In this document: positions 23,493 through 35,572 of the stretch, piece after piece
How positions within the stretch are numbered: position 1 is the first letter of the stretch
How the letters are laid out: each line of letters opens with the position of its first letter
Assembly: GCF_006345805.1 (NCBI RefSeq)
Contig: NC_043022.1
Span: 16,864,001 to 16,928,000 of the forward strand
DNA: 64,000 nucleotides
Source: Octopus sinensis
Lineage: Eukaryota
Direction of reading: 5' to 3'
Program-made: the position numbers and the translations under genes
Notes under the pieces: model-generated
The model's input: the letters and a program-made list of their open reading frames with translations, nothing else
Told to the model about the DNA's origin: nothing
Database searches by the model: none

Positions 23493-24459
23493 AAATATAA
23501 GACTATATACTTGTGCGTGTATTTTCCCTCTCTCTTCTGTGTCAGTCAAATTCTCCCTCCACCTCTTCTACTATAACCTTGTGATGACCAAAACCCTTTC
23601 AACATTTCCCTTCATTTTCATATCATACACAAATTACTCCCACCCACTCACCTATCTATCTATCTAATCTATCTCTGTTTATAATACTTTCTTTCTCTCT
23701 TTCATCTCTCTCAGCACAGGCAGTGCTTTCTCATTCTTGTAAAAGAGAGAGAGGGGAAAGGAATAAAAGGAGCGAGTCCAACAAAAAAAAAATGAACAGG
23801 ATGGAACATTTTATGTATGTGTGTGTGTGAGAGTGTTTGTATGTGTGTATGAGCGTGTGTTGTTTGAGAGAGTGTAAGCACGTGTACATGTGTGTACGCA
23901 TGTGTTAGAATAGTAAAATCTGGAACCCAAGGCAACAGGTTTGTAGAGTGTTACAGGAGGAGGAGGAGGAATTAAAGAGTGGGAGTGTGGCAGTAGCTAA
24001 TTTATAACAAGATGTAGATCAGGGGAAAAGGGAGTTAAGGGCTGTGTCAAGAGCGGTCGGAGGGGTTTATATTAATAAGGCAGAGAAAAAGGAACAGACG
24101 GACAAATAAACACACACAAAACAGCCGGGAAGGTGGAGGGGTGGGGGGATGATCTGAAACCAGGCAAGCGTGGCTGAGAATGTAAAGAGTTAAGTTGATA
24201 AGGAATGGTCAGACTTATAAAGTGTTTAGTGTTAACAGTGGAGGTCACTGTGGGTGGGCAGAAATGTATTGCAGTGTGTGGGAGGAGGTGGGTAAAGGAG
24301 ACGGAGAGGTAAGTGGTTGCGTTTCGACAGAATGCACTTTGTGTAAGCAACACATACAAGGTACATTCACATGAACATCATATGCACTTCACAGCTGCAG
24401 TCTGAGTACATAAAGGTGCACGTGTGTGCGTGTGAGCACTGCGTTTCAAATTATTAATC

Positions 24460-25700
24460 ACATAACACTTTTGTATTTGAAAACTTCTTGTTGAAATTCA
24501 ATGAAATTTCCACAGAATGATGGCAACAGTTGTATGCCCGTGGTGTATAAAAAACCTGAGCTTTTGCCTAAGTGTAAATAAACCATGGCCATCTGCCTGA
24601 TTTCCACGAACTTTCAGTGTTGCAAATTATTAACGAGTGGTCTGGTAATCATGTAATTATGGGCCATAAATATTACTTAATTGCTTCAAAGAAATCTGTT
24701 ATTACTTCTGAACTTGAAAAAGGTAAATCTTTAAAATAATTGGAAGATTTCACCAAATTGTGAAAGAATTTGTTATGTCTCCTACGAAGATACATTAGAG
24801 AGCCGACAAGGGTCAGTGGAGTGCTGCTTCTCAACGTTCTCTGCCACAAATTAAGTGTGAGGCTTTAAGGAACCCAGGTCTTACAAGTGGTGAACTTTCC
24901 AAGTGCATCGGTGACACAACTGTGTCCAGAACTACCCAATGCCATCTGGAAATGGTTGGAAAACCAGTAACATCAGTTAAAAGGCCTCCTTTAAACACTA
25001 TCATCTGAAAGGGCAGAAGATGGTATGAAGGTCGACTCTTCAAAAGTTTTGTTTATGGACAAACTCATTCTGCCCTTGACAGGCCTGGTGGTTGAAACAA
25101 GGGATGGATGAGATACCAACGGGGGAGAGGTGACATAATGATTTGGGCAAGTATTATGGCTGGTCCTTGGAAAATGACTGTGGATGCTTATATAGCCTTT
25201 TTGAGGGAGCAGCTTGAAGCCTGGTTAAAAAATCAAGGAATCACCTCCAAGACAACCATAATATTCATGCAAGATAATGCACCTTTGCATTCGGTGAAGA
25301 AAACTACAGAGCATCTGCAACAATTAGGCTTCTGTGGATGAAATGGCCTGCTTCTCTCCCCCCGACTTGAACCCAAAAGAAAGCTAGTGGAGTTTACAAG
25401 AATGGACAACAATTTAGGAGCAAGGATGGACTGTGGCAGGCAACAGTGGATTGTATCTCATGGTATAACTTCATAGGAGATCCAGAAATTGGCATGTTCC
25501 ATGGACCAGTGCTTTTTCCAACTCATTTCAAACAAAGGCTCGTACATCCATTACTACCAAAGGCTCACCAATCAGTTTTGAACCCTGTTTATTTGTTTAT
25601 GACTGCATTCGTTCATTCCAGAATGGACATCAAACTATTAAATTGGAATTTTCTTTTTTACATGAGTTTTATTAATATTAATAATCACTAACTTTTGTAT
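24460..25700 (+). mobile_element. Decayed Tc1-like (DDE) transposase
   Basis: GDIMIWAS, IIFMQDNAPLHS, KWPA and SPDLNPKE in shifted frames. Confidence 0.7.
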
Positions 25701-26469
25701 TAAGGCCATGTGGGGCAAAAGTGCTTAGGTAGAACAAGGTGTGTGTGTGTTTACTGTTTGCAGGTTTCATCAGGATGAATGTGTGTGAGACACACAAACA
25801 ACAATAATAACAAGATACAAAGAATGGATCCTCTGCATAGTAGCATGAATTGCTAAGAGAGCAGCCAAATTTCCCTCAAATGACATCCGAATCATCTTCA
25901 GATGGTGAAGGGGACACAAGATGATGTACTCCTAAATACACAATGCCTGCAGAGAAGAACAAGCTGATCAAAGCTGTAATGCTTTGCACTTAAAACCTGT
26001 TCAGTGACCCAGGGCTAAACAACAACAATAACAAAAAAACAAAGAAAGAATTAAACTGAATAAAAAAAAGATATTTTGGTAAAAAAACAAACGAAAAGTA
26101 TGAAAATATTCAAAGAAATTTTGGACTTTCTTCTGCCTCAAAAGATTTGGAAAAAACAGATTTGGAAGAATTCTATCTGAGCTGAGGTTTCTTTGATTGG
26201 TTGGTTGGGTGGTCAGGTGGTAAGTGGCTGGTTGGGTGAGTGGCATTTAATGAAGAGTAATCAGATTTTAACTAGAGACTGCCAGATTTTAAATCAGTGC
26301 AAGCATGCAAGAGAGAGAATGTGTGTGTGTCTGTGAGAATTACGTAACAGTACACATGTCTGTGGAATACTCAGCTACCCACAATCTATTCAGGTGCAGG
26401 CAATTCAGGTTAGTCAAACAATTAAAACCTCATCGCTGAAACTGATGGAGATATATATTTACACACATC

Positions 26470-26535
<66 letters not shown>

Positions 26536-27806
26536 ACATGTTATTTTAGAACTGTAGTTCTGTGTCCAGGACACTCCTCTTTTTGCCATTCACTGCATTC
26601 CTTATATTCCTACAGCCTTGGACCAACCAAAACTTGTAAGTGGATTTGATAGATGGAAACTGAAAGAAGCCTGTCGTATATATATATATTTATGTGTGTG
26701 TGTCTATATGTCTGTTTGTCCCCCATCTTCACTTGATAACCAGTGTTGGTGTATTTACAACCTGTAACTTAGTGGTTTGGCAAAAGAGACCAATAGAATA
26801 AATACCAGGCTGCAAAAAATGTCCTAGGGTCAATTTGTTTGACTAAAAACTTTTCAAGGCAGTGCACCAGCATGGCCACAGTCAAATGACAGAAACAATT
26901 AAAAAATAAAACATATATATATTTGTATATATAGTGTAATAAATGGATTCATAGAATTGTGTGGCTTTCACAGTAAGCTCCTCTAACAGGCTTGGCTAAC
27001 AGACCACAAAGTAATCAAATACAGAGGAGCATAATGCAAAAGTTTCATGCAGCTGAAATATATATCCCATGATCAACCAGATTATCAGATGCTGTTATAC
27101 AATGTGTGTTTTGCAGTGTTTTAGCCATTGAATGATGCAACCCCACAGGTGAGGAGAGCAGGCCAACATCCTCCCCCAATCAGAAGGCTACTCCATTGCA
27201 GCGTTACCCAGTTACAGCTGAGTAATAAATTCTTAGTTGTAATATATGGATCCATAAAACCATGTGGCTATCACAGAAAGCTCCTCCAAAGGACCCAGCT
27301 AGCAGACCACAAATGCAATACAGAGAAGTATAATGCAGAATGCCCATGGAGCTGAAATCCAGGAGATCCGATCAATGAAATTATTTAATGAGGAGTATAT
27401 AGATCCTGAAAGGTCCAGAGGTATGAGAGGTGAATGTATTTATCTAAACACTTGTTAACGGCTGTGATCTTAAGGATAACAAATGGTTGGATATAAATAT
27501 ATACATTCACTTCTCATGCCCCGTCACCTTTCATGGTTGATGTATACATGTACTGTGTATATATATATGTGGTTAAATGCAGTTCAAAAGGTGGTACCCT
27601 GACATAAGGAAGACTGGCAATGATGATGATGATGATGAGGGTGCTGATGATTGATTGCTTAGTCTGTCTGTCTGTCTGAATTAATGAATGACTGATAATG
27701 AGTGGGAAGGACTGTCAAGTAATTGTCTGGCAATGGTGCTGTTGTGGCTGAGACCCTTGCCCACTCATAAAGGAGGAGGAGGGCTTCAGCCGTGACTATC
27801 CTTTCT

Positions 27807-27838
<32 letters not shown>

Positions 27839-27899
27839 CACAGACTTACACACTTGTATATTTACACATATTTGTGTATGTATGTATATATATATATGC

Positions 27900-27935
<36 letters not shown>

Positions 27936-27975
27936 TATATATAAATACATATACAGTCTTTATATAAGTATGTAT

Positions 27976-28007
<32 letters not shown>

Positions 28008-28325
28008 GCATACATACATTCGTACACACATATTCCTACCCTAGCAAGCAAACACATTTACTGAATAAATGTGTTTGTGCTAAAGCCTGGCTGTTTATTT
28101 AACACAAAACACAGAGGGAAGCACACAACACACACACAAAATTCATTTTCATAGTAAACACACACACACACACACAATAACAAATGTACTTTTATATTAA
28201 GCACACACACACACACACACTGATTGCTTCAACTTGTTAATTATTTTATTGCCCTATATACATAAATTGCTAATTTGTTAAGTTACCATTTTTGACTCAA
28301 CACTGCCATTGTGTCAAACACGGAA

Positions 28326-28356
<31 letters not shown>

Positions 28357-28671
28357 ATATATTATATATATATAATATATATATACACACACATATATAT
28401 AGACATATATATTCATCCCACTCTGTGTGACTGTGTGTGTGTGCATGTATATATATATAGATATAGATAGATAGATAGATATATCATCTGTAAAAAACAT
28501 AAATCCGAAAGAAGCAAACACTAAGATTCAGAGAGTATATATTAAAAATGGGGAAGGCTGCTTCATGGGATTACCTCATTCTTAAGAAGGCCTTGAGCCA
28601 ACAGGTTTTCGGAACTGATGATATACCATAAAGCCAAACCAGCCGTCGCCATTTTTAATATATACATTAAA

Positions 28672-28836
28672 GGTGCAGGAGTGGCTGTGTGGTAAGTAGC
28701 TTGCTAACCAACCACATGGTTCCGGGTTCAGTCCCACTGCATGGCATCTTGGACAAGTGTCTTCTACTATAGCTTCGGGCCAACCAAAGCCTTACGAGTG
28801 GATTTGGTAGACGGAAACTGAAAGAAGCCTGTCGTA

Positions 28837-28893
<57 letters not shown>

Positions 28894-29089
28894 CTGTGTT
28901 TGTCCCTCTAGCATTGCTTGACAACCGATGCTGGTGTGTTTACGTCCCCGTCACTTAGCGGTTCAGCAAAAGCGACCGATAGAATAAGTACTGGGCTTAC
29001 AAAGAATAAGTCCCGGGGTCGATTTGCTTGACTAAAGGCGGTGCTCCAGCATGGCCGTAGTCAAAATGACTGAAACAAGTAAAAGAGTA
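28672..29089 (+). mobile_element. SINE family A, full-length reference copy
   Basis: A-box-like TGGCTGTGTGG and B-box-like GGTTCAGTCCC, then CORE/MIR-like atcttggacaagtgtctt, internal (TA)n(TG)n and gtaaaagagta tail. Partial copies at ~21428, 26615, 30845(-), 34474, 39447(-), 40786, 41630, 58790 and 62930. Confidence 0.88.
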
Positions 29090-29191
29090 TATTATACATA
29101 ATTAGGATAAAATCATTGTTTAATGATTTGTCAGAGGCCAGCATATTAAAAATTCCATAATGGTTAATTTATATTAAAATTATAATAAGGT

Positions 29192-29396
29192 TGCTGAATG
29201 GTTACAACACTGGTCTGCTAGAGATAGACCCCAAATGGTCTAAGAACCACTTAGATTATTATTCCACAACACAAGGTTGTAAGTGAGGAAAAATAGACGG
29301 CAAGGATTTAGAAAATAAAGTAGAGTAATAATTTAAATGGTTCTTAGACCACTTGGGGGTCTATCTTTAGCAGACCAGTGTTGTAACCATTCAGCA
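29192..29396. mobile_element. Foldback/MITE-like element with ~75-bp inverted arms
   Basis: tgctgaatggttacaacactggtctgcta...ggtctaagaacca vs tggttcttagacca...tagcagaccagtgttgtaaccattcagca, with a ~50-bp spacer. Confidence 0.75.
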
Positions 29397-29419
29397 CACT
29401 TATAATTTATATATATATA

Positions 29420-29458
<39 letters not shown>

Positions 29459-30138
29459 CATGTGTGTATTTATGCACACAGAGACACATACACATGCAAC
29501 AAGAGACAGAATATATATAAATAATATACATATATGTAAATATGTATGTGTATATATGTATATATATATATATATATATACACATATTTATATGTATGTA
29601 TATACATTAATATATATATGTATGTATTTACATTAATATATTTATATGTATATACATTAACATATATATATGCATATACATTTATATATATATGTATATA
29701 TATTAATATATGTGTGTGTGTGTGCAAGCGCTTGTGTATATATGTTAGAAGTGAGACATAAGAAGACGTTTATTTGCGAGTGAAGATTATCTGCAGAAGT
29801 GATGAAGCTGCAATGAAAGCCGAAGTTAAGAAACCATGAAAACGAACTTGGTCACCTGACTTGTGGAACCAGCAGAAGATGCCACAGAGTCTCGAGAATC
29901 TCTGTAAGAACGGTAAAGCTGATTGCAGGCCAGATAGCAATGGCTGTGAAAATATGAACGAATACGATAAAGGACCGAAACCCGACAACTTTCACACTAT
30001 TGCCATTATCAGGTCTTGCACCGAAAATATCTAGGTGGGTGCTCCACCGAATCACATATGAATGGAGACAAACAAACATGTGTGCATCTATGGGAGTAGA
30101 AGTGTAGGTGTGTATATTTCTTTATATATATATGTGTC

Positions 30139-30186
<48 letters not shown>

Positions 30187-30425
30187 CACATATGTACATA
30201 CATCTATATAAATATGTATGCATATATACATATATATACACATACGTGTGTATATATATATGCACACTCATACATACATATACCTATGTATACATACATA
30301 TATATATATATATACATACATACATATGTATACATACTTATATATAGATTTTCATACATATATATATATACTTACATCTATATATATACATACATACACA
30401 CACACAAATGGTATCTATGCATGGC

Positions 30426-30473
<48 letters not shown>

Positions 30474-32049
30474 AGTATATATATATATATATATATATAT
30501 ACACAATTTCCGTAATATGTATATTCATGCTCTCATCGCTTGAATGGCTGCACGCACCTTGGAAGAGATATGCAGAGTGAGTCATTAACTTCAAACGAAG
30601 AAATAAAACGTTACAAATCTATCGACGCTCTTCCACCCACCCCACCCTCTAACATACACACACACACACAAATATACACACATGCACATACGCACACACG
30701 TGTGTGTGTTCTTTGTCATACATATAGAAGCATAATGAAATGAAGGACTCAATGCAGGCACGAGGGTGAGTAACGAAGCCCTGGGGCAGGGAAACATTAC
30801 GTTTTGGCTTTCGTTGCTCTTATCAGACATGCATAGTCTTTGATTGGTTTTGCTTGTTTCATTCATGAGACCACGGCCATGCTGGGGCACTGCCTTGAAG
30901 AATTTTACTCAAATGAATTAAACCCAGTCGTTATTTTTTTCACCTGGTACTTATTCTATCAGTCTCTTTTGCTGAACTGCTAAGTTACAGGGATATAAAC
31001 ACACCAACACTGGTTGTCAAGCAGTGGTGAGCAGACACACACATACACACACGCATAGATATATGTACGACAGGATTCTTTCAGTTTCTCTCGACCAAAT
31101 CCACTCACAAGGATTTGGTCAGCCTGGGGCTATAATAGAAGACACTTGCCTCAAGTTCCACGCAGTGGGACTGAACTTGCAACTATGTGGTTGGGAATCA
31201 AGTATCTTACCACACAGCCACAAATACACACCTGTACATATATATACACGCAGGTATATACAGTAACTCAGAAGCACACATATATACAGCTACACTGGGG
31301 GGGGGGGGGGCAAGATTTTTACTGAATGGCTTCTCAAGTATGAAAATAGATGCCCTATTAGCTCCCTAATTTTCCTGGAGCTCCGATTGTGTTCCTCTGA
31401 ACCTGTCAAACCTCTTCTGGCTGTGTCTGTGTGTCTCTCCGGCTGAAGCTACATGCAACTGTTTAAGTTCCCTGTTTACCTGTTCATTCAGGTGGCAACA
31501 TGGACATGTATTCCTCCATGTTCCCTGCATGAATAAGACTATAATCGAGAGTCTGAAGGAGAAACAAACTTCAATTCAGCCGGACAAATATAATCACACC
31601 GGGTATTGAGTACTTTCGACTTTGTTTCTTTTGTTTGCCACAAATAAACCACACACACACACTTCACACATGAACACACACATAGTTTCACACATACATG
31701 CACATCTGTGTATATTTGTATTTATATTCGTGTGGCATCGTCCATTTTTCTGTCCTTGTTTCGTATACATTTGATCCTTTTTCCAAGAAATCTAATGCTC
31801 GTAGCTTAGTTTTTCCTTGGGGCTGGCTGGATCGGAGCGATCTCAAGATTAATCAGCCGAAATTGCGAGGATGATCCAGTTCTTGACTGAAGATTGAAGG
31901 CTTCGAATGTCCCGTCCGTGTTTTTTGTATCGTCTTCTAAATGTTTTGCGTTCTTGTCCCAGTTTGTATTTTTTTACATATACATATATATATATACATA
32001 CAGATGTTTAAAACGATCTTGGAATTTTGAAATATAAGTGTTTATGTAT

Positions 32050-33325
32050 GTGTGTCACCTGCCTCACTAGCACCCACCATCGACCCTATCCCATCATCCA
32101 CTCCTTCACCTGCACCTCCAGCAATTATCTATCATTGCGTCTCTTGCCTCTCTGCAATTCCTTGTACATCGGACAAACGGGACGCCGCTTGGCTGACCGG
32201 TTCGCGGAACACCTTCGTGACATCCACCTTGCGAACGACACACCCACCGGTCTCACGCCATTTCCGCTCCACCGTCACTCCTTGCAACACCTATCTGTGT
32301 TCGGTTTGTCCTTACACAGAGGCCATCCGGATTCCCGTTTGCACCGTGACAGGAATTAATTAATCTCTTCTCTCTTTGCTCTTATACGCCATTTGGTCTC
32401 AACTCTCCCCCCCTCCTCATCTAACCCCCTCTCCCCCTCTCATCTAACACCCCTCTCCCCCCTCCTCCCTATCCTTCCTCCCGACCCCTACTTCTTCAGT
32501 CCTTCATCTTTCACCCCCTCCCCTTCCCTTCTTCCCTCTTTCTCCCTCCCTCCTTCCCTCTTCCCTCCCTCTGCTCCCTCACTCCCCTTCTCTCTCCCCC
32601 TCTCCCTCTTTCCTCTTCCTTCCCCCCTCCTCTCCCCTCCCCCTCTTCTCCTCACTACACCACACGACTTTACACATCACATCATATATGATGTGCCATA
32701 CTAATACATACACCAACTAATACATACTAATACGTACTAATACATACTAATACATACACCAACCCTATACATACACACTTCCAGACCCCTCATACACTTA
32801 TACTCTCTCATACACACACACCCACACTTATACATACTAATACGTACTAATACATACTAATACATACAATACATACACCACCAACCCCATACATACGCAC
32901 GTCCAGACCTATCCTACGCACTAATACTCTCTCATACCACACACACACACCCTTATACATACTAATACATACACCAACCCTACCTATACATAACACGTTC
33001 AGACCTCTCCTACGCACTAATAGCTGGTCATTCAACCCTATTATCAACCCTATTATCTCCCCTTATTTCGCTCTCGCGTCTCATGTTTCATCTTTGACCT
33101 CTGGCCAAATCAGATCGCCATGTTGATTCGTTAGTTACTGCACGCATTTTTTTTTCTCCTTCTTTCTGTGTTTTTTTTTCTCTCTGTGTATCTTTCTGTT
33201 GAAGAGCATAGGCTCGAAACATTAAAGACTTGTTTTATTTATATTTCCTGAGCGCCATACTAATACAATTGTTTGTTTGTTTTCCACCTGCCTTCGTCTT
33301 TTGTTTATTTTCGTAAAGCTTCCCG

Positions 33326-33330
<5 letters not shown>
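32050..33330 (+). mobile_element. Penelope-like element 3' fragment: GIY-YIG endonuclease, C/T-rich tract and terminal repeat
   Basis: SFTCTSSN...CNSLYIGQTGRRLADRFAEHLRDI..PVSRHF..HS across frameshifts. Hammerhead-like TCTTT-CTGTTGA-A-GAGC atag GCTC-GAAA at 33191-33230. Confidence 0.82.
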
Positions 33331-33374
<44 letters not shown>

Positions 33375-34473
33375 CACACATATACATGTGTCTATCTACC
33401 TATCTGTCTGTCTATCATTCAATTTATCTATCATTATCTATCTATATACATTCGTGTGTGTGTGTGTATATATATATGTATGTATGTGTATATATATGTA
33501 TTTGTGTGTGTGTGTATGCATGTATGTATGCACACATTTATATATGCATGCATCTGAATACCTACAAACACACACACGTGTATGAATGTGTGTATGTGTG
33601 TAGATATATGATTTTTTTCTAATTATGCATTTATGTGTATTTGTGTGTGTGTAGAGAGAGAGAGAGACTTTGTTTCGTAGTCAAAACGATCTCCCATCAA
33701 CACAATTTAATTTCGCTTCTTTAACTCAGTAAACCAGCTTAGGCATTGCAGATGCATACCAGGTGCATAATGGGGGATGGAGTGGATGTAAGTGAAGCAC
33801 TTACTGCCTTAGAAATAGCTGTTGACATGTGAAGTATGTGTTACAGTAATTACATACTAAATGTTTGAGGGGTAAATATATCAATCTTCCCAGGCGTAAT
33901 TACTGGTAAGGTGTTGAACAAAGCAATTATTGAGGGAGGCCGTCGGGGGGGAGGGGGAGGGGTTAGTTCTTGGAATTCAAGGAATTGATTTGTTGTTTGG
34001 AGTGAAAGGATCCAACATTTCAATGATTTGCCATTCTTCTGAGAGGCAGAATATTTAGAGAGATGTTATCGGGTTTGGTCTTTGGTGAATGAAGGATGGA
34101 ATCAAGATAAAGAAGGGAGGTGGCGGAGGGACAGTGTGAGGAAAGAGAGGGGTGGGGGCAAGGCAGTGATAGGTGGTAGGAGTAGTGTGGGGGATGAGGG
34201 AGGAAGTAAAGAGAGAGAGAGAGGAGGTGGAAGAAGGGGAAGGGGTTAGATCTGTGACAAGAAGCGGAACAGAAGTGCAAGGGCAAGGTTAAGAGATGAA
34301 GATAACATCAAGAACGTAGGACAAAGAGAAAGGATAAAGAAGAGGACAAACAGACAGAAAGGTAGACATGTGACACACGGAAGATGGGAGAAAAATAAAA
34401 GAGGGAAAAGTATGGTGGATGGAGCTTTGTGTAGAATTAATCAGGTCAGCAAGAATTGGTTGAGAATTCTATA

Positions 34474-34970
34474 GGCATAGGAGTGGCTGTGTGGTAAGTA
34501 GCTCGCTTACCAACCACATGGTTCTGGGTTCAGTCCCACTGTGTGGCACCTTGGGCAAGTGTCTTCTACTATAGCCTCGGGCCGACCAAAGCCTTGTGAG
34601 TGGATTTGGTAGACAGAAACTGAAAGAAGCCCGTCGTATATATGTATGTGCATATATATATATATATATACATATACACACACATATATATATATATTGA
34701 TGCCAGAGCTGCTCCCATCCTAGTGGCATGTAAAAAGCACCTTTTGAGCGTGGTTAATGCCAGTACTGCCTGAATGGCCCCCGTACTGGTAGAATGTAAA
34801 AAGCACCCACTACACTCTCAGAGTGATCGACATTAGGAAAGGCATCCAGCTGTAGAAACATTGCCAGATCAGATTGGAATCCAGGTGCAGCCTCTTGGCT
34901 TGCCAGTCCTCAGTTAAGCTGTCCAACCCATGCCAGAATGGAAAGTGGACATTAAACGATGATAATGATA
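34474..34970 (+). mobile_element. SINE A 5' half followed by an RTE 3' tail
   Basis: SINE A head at 34474-34640, a TA tract, then aaaagcacccactacactc...ccaacccatgccag...aaacgatgat. Confidence 0.7.
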
Positions 34971-35136
34971 AGATGTTGGAAATGACGTTTTCCTGGGGTT
35001 AAAATGTAATAACACAGTTCTTTATAGAAGAGCCATGTTATAGTGGAAAAAAAATACGTTAACACCAATTATTACACATATGTGAGTGAGAACACTTTGA
35101 GATATTTTTGGTATCTAACATATGTCAGATACTGTG

Positions 35137-35240
35137 AGCGCTGCTTCTGATTGGTCAATCCATGGTGATGACCCGAAGTCACAGTGACAGCGCTGCTTCT
35201 GATTGGTCAATCCATGGTGATGACCCGAGGTCACGGTGAC
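35137..35240. repeat. Tandem duplication (2 x ~52 bp) containing ctgattggtc
   Basis: agcgctgcttctgattggtcaatccatggtgatgacccga(a/g)gtcac(a/g)gtgac occurs twice. Confidence 0.9.
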
Positions 35241-35336
35241 GGCACTACTTTTGTCATTCATAAGTTACAACTAAACATGAAGAATTTAGTTATTGGGTTA
35301 ATAAAATATGGTCGTTTATTCGTGTGTAATAAATAA

Positions 35337-35480
35337 AATACCAAACTCATTCCCTATGGATACCGTATTTATTACAACGAGTGGCTTGTAAACGTATCTA
35401 ACGAGCGAAAGCGAGTTAGATACGTTTACAAGCCACGAGTTGTAATAAATACAGTATCCATAGGGAATGAGTTTGGTATT
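35337..35480 (+). repeat. 144-bp near-perfect palindrome with GAAA tetraloop
   Basis: 70-bp arms; the only non-WC positions are two tandem GA/GA pairs and one C.A. Confidence 0.95.
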
Positions 35481-35520
35481 CTCTATGTATTGTTACGACT
35501 TAGAACAAGCTAGCTACTTT

Positions 35521-35572
<52 letters not shown>

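Noticed and set aside
28672-28745. tRNA gene
   Set aside because: A/B-box-like motifs are present, but they continue into a multi-copy SINE body and no complete cloverleaf forms.
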